The notes beneath the pieces were generated by a model. The model was not told where the DNA came from and did no database searches. It saw only the letters and a program-made list of their open reading frames with translations. Position numbers and translations under genes: made by a program. From Patescibacteria group bacterium (lineage in GTDB: Bacteria > Patescibacteriota > Patescibacteriia > UBA9934 > GWF2-40-263), in contig SCUM01000001.1 in NCBI GenBank assembly GCA_004297215.1, positions 400 through 64,399 on the forward strand: 64,000 nucleotides of DNA, read 5' to 3'. Numbering within the stretch: position 1 is the stretch's first letter; every line of letters starts with the position of its first letter. Below, in pieces: positions 25,123-34,439 of this stretch.

Positions 25123-26541
25123 TTCACCAGCGTCCGCTTCCGTCTTCGCCGCCTGGCGGATGAATTCCCCGAGCCGCGCCTTTGCCTCCTCCACCGATCC
25201 GGTGCCGAGGAGCTTTTTCGTATCCACTTCCGTCGTGGTCACCCACTCCGGCGTCCCTTGTGCCACGTCGAACAGGAACATGAGCACCGTCGTCGCATAC
25301 GCCCCTTTCGGCAGGTCGAACGAGATGGCCACGCCCTCGGGGACGCAACGGAAGCCGTGCATCGTCGGTTTGATGCGGGAGGGGATGGACGGGTTGGCGC
25401 CGATGTTCACGAACTTGTCGAACCCTGATTGCCGGAGATGCGATTGGAACTGGCCGGTGCCATGCGCGTCGGTGAGCGTCTTGTAGAACGCTCGGTCGGC
25501 TTCGCGCTGCGAGAGGAGCAGGGGAATGGTGTCGGGCAGGGTATCACCCGAGATCTCGGCTTCCGAAAGGATGAGGTTCGTGAGGAAGCTCGCATAGGCG
25601 CGCACCCACATGTCGGTTTGCTGCGAGACGGCGGCAAGAGCCTTCGTGTACATGTCCGCGCTGCCGCGCTCAAGCTCGGCCAGCATCTGGGTCTCGTGCC
25701 GCAAGGCGTATGGGAGGTCGGTGACGAGCGCGCGAACCGCTTTCCAATCGCCCCATGCCTCCGCGATCCGCTTGCGGCGCTGTGCGAAATACGGGATCTC
25801 GAATGCGCTCGGCGCCGCGAACACCGCCTTCACCGCTTGCTCGTACTCGCCGCGCATGACGTGCATGCCATACATGTGCGACAGGTAGCGCGGCGTGCCG
25901 AACCGCTGCGCGCCATAGTAGTTTGGGACGCCGTTCGCCTTCACCGCTTCCACCAGTTCCGTCATGCGCGCCTCATCGGGCGCTCCGTCCGTACGAATGA
26001 ACAGGGTGAACCGGTTGCCTTTCAATCCGCCGATCGCCACGGCGCCTTTGCCTTCGCCGACTCGGGTCAGGACCAAGTTCGGGATCGAAAGCGCCTTCAC
26101 CGCGTCGACCGTGGTTTGTCGGAAGCTGATGGTCTGCGCCGTGAGCGCGACGGCATCCTTGATGCCGGCGTACCCGATGTGCTTGCGGTCGAGCTTGAGC
26201 GCGGTGGCAAGGCGTCCGGCAGCGTCGATCGTCGAGATCCCGACCTTTACCAAGTCGGCATAGACCGTCCCAACGCCATCCATGAGCGGCTTGCACGCGC
26301 CGGAAAGGTCCGCAGTGGACAGCATGCCGTCGGAGCGCATTTCCTCCACGATGAAATCGAGCGGGGACGATTTCACGCATCCTTTAGGCATGCCCGTCGG
26401 CGTAGAAAGGATTCCCACGCGCTTGTTCACCTCATCGTTCGCGAGATCGGGACGGACGAACAGTTCGGGAACGCGTTCGCGTTCTTTCGTGAGAAAGGCC
26501 TGTTCGCGTTCCCAGAGGGAGTGGTCGGAGGAGGAGGGCAT
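25120..26541 (-). CDS. truD: tRNA pseudouridine synthase TruD/Pus7 family
   Basis: GLKGNRFTLFIR and NYYGAQRFG (NYFGxQRFG), both TruD signature blocks. Confidence 0.7.
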   Translation of the reverse strand: MPSSSDHSLWEREQAFLTKERERVPELFVRPDLANDEVNKRVGILSTPTGMPKGCVKSSPLDFIVEEMRSDGMLSTADLSGACKPLMDGVGTVYADLVKVGISTIDAAGRLATALKLDRKHIGYAGIKDAVALTAQTISFRQTTVDAVKALSIPNLVLTRVGEGKGAVAIGGLKGNRFTLFIRTDGAPDEARMTELVEAVKANGVPNYYGAQRFGTPRYLSHMYGMHVMRGEYEQAVKAVFAAPSAFEIPYFAQRRKRIAEAWGDWKAVRALVTDLPYALRHETQMLAELERGSADMYTKALAAVSQQTDMWVRAYASFLTNLILSEAEISGDTLPDTIPLLLSQREADRAFYKTLTDAHGTGQFQSHLRQSGFDKFVNIGANPSIPSRIKPTMHGFRCVPEGVAISFDLPKGAYATTVLMFLFDVAQGTPEWVTTTEVDTKKLLGTGSVEEAKARLGEFIRQAAKTEADAGE

Positions 26542-26597
26542 AGAGGGGGGGGGTGGTATTTGGGAGTCGGGAGATGGTATGCGCTGACGGCTAACGG

Positions 26598-28802
26598 CTA
26601 TTGGCTGATGGCTTCTGGTGTTGGGGCATCGTATCGGAACACGGTCACGGTGCCATCATCCACCGAGAACCAGTCGTCAGCGGTGGCCTTGGCCTGTTCC
26701 ACGATGCGGTCGCTCTGCCACCAGTAGCGGTTGACGGCGAAGAAGACGGACGTGGGGAGTTCACGCATGCATCCGGATACGCATATGTCATTCACGATAT
26801 CGAAGGCGCTCAATGCCGTCTCCTTGGTCGGCGTATCGTTCATTGCAAGAAATGCCTGATACAGATCGCTGCCCGTCGGGATCGGATAATAAAACTGGTT
26901 GCCGTAGTAGTGCGTGAACCCGAGGCTCCTGATGGCGGCCGCGGATACGGATTGGTTGGCGAGCACGAGATACGGCCGCCCGTTCGCGCGGCGTTCGATC
27001 TCGTACACGGCGTTCACGTCGCCCTGGCTCACGTTGATGCCATGGCCCACCACGAACGCGTCGTGGCGCGGGTAGGTGACGTAGAGCGCGGCGGTCATGA
27101 GCGCGGCCGTGAGCAAGACGGTAAACGCGCGCACGAGGACGGGGGAGACCCGCACGCGGCCGAGGATGATGCCGGCGCCCGCGAGCGCGCACGGGGTGAG
27201 GAAGAACGCGATGAGCGGGACGAGGCGTGCGGCGTAATTCTGGCGTTCGTAGTCGATGAGGAAAGAGAAATCGACGGCCGTGGAAAGCAGGAGATAATTC
27301 ACGCCGAGCACGCCGGCCATCACGAGATACGGCTTGGGCGTCGTGTCGCGTCGGAGCTTCCAGGCGCCCAGCAGCGCGACCAGGAGCAGGACGAGGAACC
27401 CGTTGTGCGCCCACAGTTCGGCGAAGTCGAGCAGGGGGCGGAACCCGTTTTGGAAGAAGAGGCCGAGGTGGAGAGAGGAGAGGAGGAGTGATGGAGTGAT
27501 GGAGGAGAGGTCGAAGCCGCTGCCGGTGCCCGACCGGATCGCGTTCACGACGAATGCGGCTGGGAGCACGATGCTGCCCGCGAGCGCGATGAGCCAGAAT
27601 GCGACGCGTCCGACCGTCTTGTGGGACGTGAAGGAAAGGGAATGCGCAAGGCCGAGTGCCAAGAACACGAGCGCGGGGAGGCCGGCGATGGGGTGGATGG
27701 CTGCCGTTGCCACTGCGCCGACGGTGAGCGCGGCCATGCGAGGGCGCCTGTCCGCCGAAGCCTCAGCGAAGGCGGGCTCGAGTCCCATCAAGGTGGGGAC
27801 GGCGAAAAGGGCGAACAGCAAGGTCCAAAGGTTCGCGAGTCCCTGTGGCGTCGTCGTGATGAACGAGGAAAGCGGAAGGAGGAAGACGAGCGTGAGCGCG
27901 GCCGTCGCTCGCGGCCGATCGCGAAGCAGGTGCGCGGCCGCCCCGTACGCGGCCGGGATGAGCAGCAGCGAGGCGAGCGCGGGAAGCAGCCAGAAATCTA
28001 CCAGGTCGATTGGCAAGGAGAACCCGTGCACGAGGAACAGCTCGAGCGCGTATTGCCCGACGTAGTACAGCGGCTTAGGGCTGATGCTCCCTTGCTCGAC
28101 CACGTGCGAGACCGTCGCGCGGTGGATGAACGGATCGAAGCCGGAGCCGATCGGGAACACGAGAACGGACGCGGACAGGAACACGAACAGCGCGGCACAG
28201 GCGAGCGGGATCGCGAGCGCGCGGGAGCGGCCGCTCACAAGCAAGGCGGCGAGCAGCGCGAAGGCGACGAAGGCGCATAGGAACGCGCTCGGGGAGACGA
28301 CGAGCCAGAGAGAACGGATGGGATCCGTGGTGGCCGCGTCCGCGAACGAGCGGAAGAGCAGGGCGAGGAAGAACAGGCTGATGCCGGTCGCGCCGAGCGC
28401 GGCATGGACCGCATGATGCGACTTCGCCTCCTTGAGCGCATGGGACCAGCGTTCCAGGAGTCCGGGGCGATGCGCGCCGCGCCCGAGCAACAGGCTGACG
28501 GGCACGGACAGGAGGAGGACCACGTACGCGACGCCCGGCGGATACTGCCAGGCGTAGTAGGTCGCCGCGCCCGCGATCATCACGCCGGAGAGGAGCAGCC
28601 AGATGCCGACCGGGAGCCGGAGCGACGCATGCTCGACCGGCGCCGCGCGGCGGCCAAGCTGTGACCCGCACAGGAGCAGCCACGCCCCGAGCAAGGCGCC
28701 ACCGAGGACCGGGGAATGGAGCGCGAACGCGTTCCACGCCCAGGCGGCTAGGAAAAGCGCGGCGAAAATGGTAGGGTGGATACGGAAAAAACCGCCAAGC
28801 AT
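26598..28802 (-). CDS. Large polytopic membrane protein (about 14 TM helices plus a C-terminal extracytoplasmic domain), possibly a GT-C-type glycosyltransferase
   Basis: Hydrophobicity pattern only. The C-terminal domain of about 180 aa is soluble. Confidence 0.4.
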   Translation of the reverse strand: MLGGFFRIHPTIFAALFLAAWAWNAFALHSPVLGGALLGAWLLLCGSQLGRRAAPVEHASLRLPVGIWLLLSGVMIAGAATYYAWQYPPGVAYVVLLLSVPVSLLLGRGAHRPGLLERWSHALKEAKSHHAVHAALGATGISLFFLALLFRSFADAATTDPIRSLWLVVSPSAFLCAFVAFALLAALLVSGRSRALAIPLACAALFVFLSASVLVFPIGSGFDPFIHRATVSHVVEQGSISPKPLYYVGQYALELFLVHGFSLPIDLVDFWLLPALASLLLIPAAYGAAAHLLRDRPRATAALTLVFLLPLSSFITTTPQGLANLWTLLFALFAVPTLMGLEPAFAEASADRRPRMAALTVGAVATAAIHPIAGLPALVFLALGLAHSLSFTSHKTVGRVAFWLIALAGSIVLPAAFVVNAIRSGTGSGFDLSSITPSLLLSSLHLGLFFQNGFRPLLDFAELWAHNGFLVLLLVALLGAWKLRRDTTPKPYLVMAGVLGVNYLLLSTAVDFSFLIDYERQNYAARLVPLIAFFLTPCALAGAGIILGRVRVSPVLVRAFTVLLTAALMTAALYVTYPRHDAFVVGHGINVSQGDVNAVYEIERRANGRPYLVLANQSVSAAAIRSLGFTHYYGNQFYYPIPTGSDLYQAFLAMNDTPTKETALSAFDIVNDICVSGCMRELPTSVFFAVNRYWWQSDRIVEQAKATADDWFSVDDGTVTVFRYDAPTPEAISQ

Positions 28803-28823
28803 AGCGGCGTCATTGTATCAAAC

Positions 28824-29408
28824 ATGTTCGAGAGGCGCGACCCGCATCAGCTGTACCTGCACGACCATCTGCTCGGGGCCACCGTGGTGCGCCTCGTGCC
28901 GCGATTCGTGACCCCGAACATGATCACCGTGTTCCGGTTCGCGGCAACGCCATTCGTGCTCTGGCTCCTGCTTACGCAGCGCTTCGGCCTCGGGCTCGTC
29001 GCGTTCGTCCTCGTCGCGTTCACCGACGCGCTCGACGGGAGCGTGGCGCGCATCCGCCGGAAGGTCACGGCTTGGGGGACCTTCTATGATCCGGTCGCGG
29101 ACAAGCTGCTCATCGGTTCGGTCGTCCTGCTCGTGGTGCTCCCGCGGCTTCCGTTCGAACTCGCCCTCGCGATCGTCGGGTTCGAGATCGCGATCACCGT
29201 CGGGGCCGCCGTCGGCCGGCGCAAGGGCCGCCTCATTTCCGCCAACGGGTTCGGGAAGACGAAGATGTTCCTGCAGGTGGTCGGCGTCTCGCTCGCGCTC
29301 TTGTCGCTCGCGGCCCCGACGATCCCGGAAGCGCTCACGATCGCCGTCGGCATCCTGTGGATGTCCGTCGCGTTCGCGTTCGTGAGCCTGGTCACCTATG
29401 GCCTTTGA
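28824..29408 (+). CDS. CDP-alcohol phosphatidyltransferase family protein
   Basis: Motif DALDGSVARIRRKVTAWGTFYDPVADK (D-G-x2-A-R-x8-G-x3-D-x3-D). Start taken at MFERR to avoid overlap with the divergent gene. Confidence 0.65.
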   Translation: MFERRDPHQLYLHDHLLGATVVRLVPRFVTPNMITVFRFAATPFVLWLLLTQRFGLGLVAFVLVAFTDALDGSVARIRRKVTAWGTFYDPVADKLLIGSVVLLVVLPRLPFELALAIVGFEIAITVGAAVGRRKGRLISANGFGKTKMFLQVVGVSLALLSLAAPTIPEALTIAVGILWMSVAFAFVSLVTYGL

Positions 29409-31080
29409 GCCAAGAGGCGCCCTTCGCGCGGGCACGCTCGCGCTCGCGGCCTCCCTCTCGCTGCTCTTCGGCGCCGCGTTGCTCCCTCGTGACGGGGTAT
29501 ACGTCTCGCCCGACGAGATGAGCAACGCCTTTTTCGCGCACCGGTTCGCCGCCACCGGGACGCTCACCGCGTTCGAGCCCCTCAACGCGGGCCTCGATGA
29601 CGCGATGCATCCGCGCAGCGTCGTCGCGATGGACGGACAGCTCGCCCCCGGCGGATTCCTCGGTCTCCCGGCGCTGTATGGCGGGATCATGGGCGTGCTC
29701 GGGACGTGGGCGCTTCCGCTTATCACCCCGATCCTCGCGTTCCTGGCCGTGTTCGCCTGGAGCGCGGTGGTTTCCCGGGCGTTCGGCCGGCGCATCGGGT
29801 TCGTCTCCGCGCTCGTCCTCGCCCTGCATCCGGCCTGGCTGTACTACACGGCCCGTTCGCTCATGCCCAACGTGCCGTTCGTCGCGTTCCTCATCCTCTC
29901 GGCGTTCGCCGCGTCGGCGCGTCCGCTTGCGCGCCGGTTTCCGGCCCTGAATGGAGGCGCCGCCGACCTGCTCGTCGCGGGGTCGCTCGCCGGCCTTGCC
30001 CTCGCCATCCGTCCGTCGGAACTGCTGTGGCTCGTTCCCTCCGCGTTCGCGGCGTGGTTCGTCGCCGGACGCGTGATGCCGCAAGGGCGATCGGCCATCG
30101 CGTTCTTCGCCGGCGTGGCGTGCGTGGCCGCCCCGATGCTCGCGCTCAACGCCCTCACGTACGGGAGTCCGCTCTCGACCGGGTATCCGGCCTCGTCGGT
30201 CATCGCCGCGTCCGCCGCCCCGTCCGCCGCGCCGAGGGCCTGGGAACGCGTCCAGGAAGTCCTCCGTCCGTTCTTCCCGTTCGGCATCCACCCGCGCAAC
30301 GCGCTTCGCGCCGTCTTAGGACACGGCCTCCTGCTGTTCTGGTGGCTGGTGCCGCTGTCGATCGGCGGAGCGTGGCTGTCGCGCGCCTCGCGCGGGGCGA
30401 CGGCGCGGGAGCGCCCGGCCCGCCGCGCGTATCACGCCTTCTTCCTCGTGAGCGCCGCGTATCTCGCGGTGCTGTACGGGAGCTGGGTGATCCATGACAA
30501 CCCGGATCCCGACGCGGTCTCGATCGCCAACAGCTACGTGCGCTACTGGCTGCCGGCCTTCGCGCTGTCCACGCCGTACGTCGCAGCGGCCTCGCTCTGG
30601 CTCGTGGACCGCGCCGTCACGCCGCAGGGCCGCCGTCTCGTCGCCGGCGCGTTGGCGGCCGCAGGCGCGGCCTTAGCGCTCGTCGCGACCGCGTTCGCGC
30701 CGGGCGACGGGCTTCTTGACGCCAGGACGACCCTCGCGCGCGACGCGGCGACGAAGGCGGCGCTCCTGTCGCTCGTCGAGCCCGACGCCGTGGTGATCGT
30801 GGACCGCGCCGACAAGCTGCTGTTCCCGGAGCGCCGCGTGCGCGTCCCCCTGCGCGACGAAGGCACCTACGCCCTCATGCCCAGGCTCGTCTTGCGCGCG
30901 CCGCTGTATTATTTCGGCATCACGTTGCCGCAGACGGACCTCGAGTACCTGAACGGGGAGAAATTGGAGGGGACGGGACTCCGGTTCGTCCCGGCGGAGC
31001 CGTTCGGGGAGGAGACGCTGTATAGGATTGAACCCGCCTCCGCTGAGGCTACGGCGGGCGGGGGGGGAGAAGGGGTATGA
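29398..31080 (+). CDS. Polytopic membrane protein, GT-C/PMT/ArnT-like glycosyltransferase candidate
   Basis: At least 11 TM helices in the N-terminal 400 aa, then a soluble C-terminal domain. It overlaps the upstream gene by 11 nt. Confidence 0.45.
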   Translation: MAFEPRGALRAGTLALAASLSLLFGAALLPRDGVYVSPDEMSNAFFAHRFAATGTLTAFEPLNAGLDDAMHPRSVVAMDGQLAPGGFLGLPALYGGIMGVLGTWALPLITPILAFLAVFAWSAVVSRAFGRRIGFVSALVLALHPAWLYYTARSLMPNVPFVAFLILSAFAASARPLARRFPALNGGAADLLVAGSLAGLALAIRPSELLWLVPSAFAAWFVAGRVMPQGRSAIAFFAGVACVAAPMLALNALTYGSPLSTGYPASSVIAASAAPSAAPRAWERVQEVLRPFFPFGIHPRNALRAVLGHGLLLFWWLVPLSIGGAWLSRASRGATARERPARRAYHAFFLVSAAYLAVLYGSWVIHDNPDPDAVSIANSYVRYWLPAFALSTPYVAAASLWLVDRAVTPQGRRLVAGALAAAGAALALVATAFAPGDGLLDARTTLARDAATKAALLSLVEPDAVVIVDRADKLLFPERRVRVPLRDEGTYALMPRLVLRAPLYYFGITLPQTDLEYLNGEKLEGTGLRFVPAEPFGEETLYRIEPASAEATAGGGGEGV

Positions 31081-32522
31081 AGGTCGGATATCGGGTGCTG
31101 TCATGGACGTTTCAGCTCGTGATCGTCGCGATCCCGGTCGCGGCGTTCGGTTGGCTGCTTGCGCAGGAACTCGTGCCGTCGGGGACGTTCGTCGTGAACC
31201 ATGCGGTCGGCGAACGGTCGCCGTTCATCGACCGTTTGCTGCCGGACGCGCGGGTGCCGGACGGGCGCACGATCGTGGACGAGCCCGTGACGTTTTTCGC
31301 GCACCCGCATCGCGCGTTCGACGTCATCGACGTGGACGTGCGGTTCAGGAACCAGGGCGCGGGAATCGTGGAACTCGGCGCCCTCGCCGCGGACGGCCGT
31401 TCCTACGACCTGCGTCCGCTCGAGAACTCGCTCATCGACGGTTCGCCCTGGCATCGGCTGGACGCGGACGATCTCGTGCTCCTGCAACGGACGCCCCGAT
31501 ACGCCTCGATCGCCGATTTCCTCGTGAACCTGCCACCGCGGCATGAGATCGCGACGTCCCATTTCACCCTCCCGACCCCGTATCGGATCCCGGGCTACCG
31601 CGCCTCCGACCAGACGCGCGTGATCGACGCCACGCTGCGCGGGTTCCACGCGTTCAAGACGTACGTCGCGGACGAGACGCTCGCCTTCTCCTTCGCGTTC
31701 ATGGACATGAACCGCGACGAGGGCGCCGACCCGGTGTCGGTCGTCGTCACGGATGAGGGCGGGAAGCAGGTCGCGACCACGTCGATCGGCGACGACGGGG
31801 ACGTTTCCGCGCTCGCGCGGCCGTCCTCCATGCGCTCTCTCGACCTGTCCGTGCCCGGACTGCCCGAAGGCGCGTACAAGGTGGAACTTCGCGCCGGCCG
31901 CGACGTCTTCTTCCGCCGCATCACGACGACGCAACAGAAACTGGTGTTCCTGAACGACGTGTTCTTGGGCGACGAAGTGGCGTACAAGGAACCGGCGCGC
32001 CCGGTACGGTTCTGGACCGAGGCCAAGCATCTTTCCTTCTCGACGACCCACGCCGAAGCGGTGCAGGACCTTCAAATCGGCTCCGCGACGGTGGCGATTC
32101 CGGCTCCATATGCGAAGGTCGATGCCTCCGTGTCGGAAGACGGCGTGGTGCGCGTCACCGCCCCCGTTGGCGACGTGCTGGTGGAAGGGGACGGGCATGT
32201 GGCCTTCTCGCCGGAGTCGTTCTTCAACCCCGATCCGGTGCGGCTTGATTGGAACACGGATATCGACCGGCTCGGCGTGAACTTCGTCATCGCCGCGTAT
32301 GAGAGTCCGCGTCGCGAGGGGGAGTGGACCGTGGCGCATGCGAGCTTTGATGCGCGCGCATTGGCCTTCGAACAAGGGGCTTGGAAGTTCGTGTTCTCCG
32401 TGCCGGGCGTGAAGGCGCTCGGCGCCTCGGTGGAAGTGGACCGCATCGACATGGCGTGGCGCCGGCGTGCCTTCCATTGGGAAGATCTGGCGTATGTGAT
32501 ACAACGGAAACTCGGATTATGA
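31077..32522 (+). CDS. Membrane-anchored hypothetical protein (481 aa) with a large extracytoplasmic domain
   Basis: ATGA overlap with the upstream gene. Single N-terminal TM helix. Confidence 0.4.
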   Translation: MKVGYRVLSWTFQLVIVAIPVAAFGWLLAQELVPSGTFVVNHAVGERSPFIDRLLPDARVPDGRTIVDEPVTFFAHPHRAFDVIDVDVRFRNQGAGIVELGALAADGRSYDLRPLENSLIDGSPWHRLDADDLVLLQRTPRYASIADFLVNLPPRHEIATSHFTLPTPYRIPGYRASDQTRVIDATLRGFHAFKTYVADETLAFSFAFMDMNRDEGADPVSVVVTDEGGKQVATTSIGDDGDVSALARPSSMRSLDLSVPGLPEGAYKVELRAGRDVFFRRITTTQQKLVFLNDVFLGDEVAYKEPARPVRFWTEAKHLSFSTTHAEAVQDLQIGSATVAIPAPYAKVDASVSEDGVVRVTAPVGDVLVEGDGHVAFSPESFFNPDPVRLDWNTDIDRLGVNFVIAAYESPRREGEWTVAHASFDARALAFEQGAWKFVFSVPGVKALGASVEVDRIDMAWRRRAFHWEDLAYVIQRKLGL

Positions 32523-32878
32523 ACGACCTCCGAGAACTTGAAACGCAGGTGGCCGCGACGGGACTGCGCGCGAGCGTCGCGGCATGCCTCGTCTTTTGGA
32601 CCGCCGAGCTGGTCCGCCCAGGGTTCGTCTCACGGTTCCTATCCGTGCACCTGTTTCTGCTTTCGGCCTTCGCGTTTGGCGCCTGGTACGCCTCGCGCGT
32701 GGAGCGGTACCGCGATTGGCCGCTCGTCCAGTACGCGGTCGCGGCGCTGCTCGTCCCCGCGTGCGCCTACGCGGCCTGGACGCTCGGACAAGGGCTCGGC
32801 GACCTGCGCCTCCTCGCCGCCGCCTTCGCCGCCCTCGTCCCGCTCCTCATCCTCCCCCTGGCCCGATCTTCTTCCTAA
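32519..32878 (+). CDS. Small integral membrane protein (4 TM helices)
   Basis: ATGA overlap with the upstream gene. The stop lies inside a reverse-oriented GGCCT repeat. Confidence 0.35.
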   Translation: MNDLRELETQVAATGLRASVAACLVFWTAELVRPGFVSRFLSVHLFLLSAFAFGAWYASRVERYRDWPLVQYAVAALLVPACAYAAWTLGQGLGDLRLLAAAFAALVPLLILPLARSSS

Positions 32879-32910
32879 TGCCTTGTCCGCCTGAGGCCTT
32901 CTCCGCCTTC
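32874..32910 (-). repeat. GGCCT-family repeat in reverse orientation
   Basis: The reverse complement contains aaggcctcaggcggacaaggc. It ends 2 nt before the HIT ATG. Confidence 0.55.
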
Positions 32911-32912
32911 TT

Positions 32913-33356
32913 ATGACCGACCCTTCAATAAACTCAGGGTTTAACAACTGCGTCTTCTGCAAGATCGTCACGGGCGACATCCCGTCGCACAAGGTGTACG
33001 AGGACGCCGACACGCTGGCGTTCCTTGACATCCATCCGGTGAACGCCGGGCACACGCTCGTGATCCCAAAGGCGCATTTCGAGAATTTCGCGCAGACGCC
33101 GAAGGAGACGGCCGCGACGCTCCTCCACCTGTCCCAGCGCCTCGCCCCCGGCATCCTCAAGGCGGTCGGGGCCGACGCGTTCAACCTGTCCACCAACAAC
33201 GGCCGCGCGGCCGGACAGCTGGTGTTCCACACCCATTTCCACCTCATCCCGCGTTTCCCGGCGGACGGGCACAAGATGTGGCAAGGTTCCGACGAGCACC
33301 AGGATTTCGCCGCGATGGCATTGAAAATTAAGGAGTGCGTAGGACGTAGTGCGTAG
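32913..33356 (+). CDS. HIT-family (histidine triad) nucleotide hydrolase
   Basis: HTLVIPKAHFENF and the triad FHTHFHLIPR. Confidence 0.8.
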   Translation: MTDPSINSGFNNCVFCKIVTGDIPSHKVYEDADTLAFLDIHPVNAGHTLVIPKAHFENFAQTPKETAATLLHLSQRLAPGILKAVGADAFNLSTNNGRAAGQLVFHTHFHLIPRFPADGHKMWQGSDEHQDFAAMALKIKECVGRSA

Positions 33357-33397
33357 GGTTTTTGCCTACGTACTACTAACTACCAACTACGCACTAT
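33333..33397. repeat. Palindromic element of the GTAGTGCGTAG family; it covers the HIT stop and ends at the rfbB ATG
   Basis: gtaggacgtagtgcgtaggg...ctaccaactacgcact. It shares the 16-mer ctaccaactacgcact with the copy at 34366-34431. Confidence 0.6.
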
Positions 33398-33402
33398 CCA
33401 CT

Positions 33403-34371
33403 ATGAAACTCCTCGTCACGGGCGGCGCGGGATTCATCGGCTCCGCGTTCGTGCGCTACACGATCCGCGAACATGCGGACGACCGGGTCGTGACCCTCGA
33501 CGCATTGACGTACGCGGGGAATCTCGAGAACCTTGCGGACGTGAAGGACAACCCGCGCCACGAGTTCGTCCATGGGGACGTCTGCGACCGGCGTCTCGTG
33601 CGGGAGATCGTAAAGGCGAGCGACGCGGTCGTCCACTTCGCGGCCGAAAGCCACGTGGACCGGTCCATCGCCGGCGCCAGCGATTTCGTACGTACGAACG
33701 TCCTCGGGACGCTGTCGATCCTCGACGCGGTGAAGGAACACGGCAAGCGCCTGCATCACATTTCCACCGACGAGGTGTTTGGCGCGCTCAAGCCCGATGA
33801 CAGGCCGTTTAACGAGCATTCGTGCTACGCCCCGCGCAACCCGTATAGCGCGAGCAAGGCCGCGGCCGACCATCTCGTGCGCTCGTACGTCATCACGCAC
33901 GGCGTGAAGGCGACGATCTCGAATTGCTCGAACAATTACGGCCCGTATCATTTTCCCGAAAAGATGATCCCGCTGTTCATCACGAACCTGCTCTCCGGGA
34001 AGAAGGTGCCGGTGTACGGCGACGGCCAGCAGGTGCGCGATTGGATTTACGTGGAAGACCACGTGCGCGGCGTGGACCTGGCGCTGCGTGAGGGGAAGGT
34101 CGGAGAGACCTATCTGTTCGGCGGCGACGGGGAGATTTCGAACCTTGAACTGACGAAGAAGCTGATCGCCTTGTGCGGTCGTGACGAGAGCGCCATCGAG
34201 AACGTCGCCGACCGCCCGGGCCACGACCGCCGCTACGCCATCGATTACGGGAAGGCCAAGCGTGAGCTTGGCTGGGAGCCGAAGATCGGATTGGACGAAG
34301 GGTTGAAACGGACCGTCAAGTGGTTCAAGGCGAACCAAGACTGGGTGGCGAGGAGCAAACGAAGGGGGTAG
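33403..34371 (+). CDS. rfbB: dTDP-glucose 4,6-dehydratase
   Basis: MKLLVTGGAGFIGSAFVR...YSASKAAADHLVRSYVITHG; about 320 aa. Confidence 0.85.
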   Translation: MKLLVTGGAGFIGSAFVRYTIREHADDRVVTLDALTYAGNLENLADVKDNPRHEFVHGDVCDRRLVREIVKASDAVVHFAAESHVDRSIAGASDFVRTNVLGTLSILDAVKEHGKRLHHISTDEVFGALKPDDRPFNEHSCYAPRNPYSASKAAADHLVRSYVITHGVKATISNCSNNYGPYHFPEKMIPLFITNLLSGKKVPVYGDGQQVRDWIYVEDHVRGVDLALREGKVGETYLFGGDGEISNLELTKKLIALCGRDESAIENVADRPGHDRRYAIDYGKAKRELGWEPKIGLDEGLKRTVKWFKANQDWVARSKRRG

Positions 34372-34431
34372 TGGGTAGTACGTAGTGCGTAGATTATCGT
34401 CCTACGCACTACCACCTACCAACTACGCACT
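34366..34431. repeat. Palindromic element of the GTAGTGCGTAG family (gtagtgcgtag-attatcgtc-ctacgcactac)
   Basis: Perfect 11-bp arms. It overlaps the rfbB stop and ends 8 nt before the rfbD ATG. Confidence 0.65.
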
Positions 34432-34439
34432 GAAGTCTT

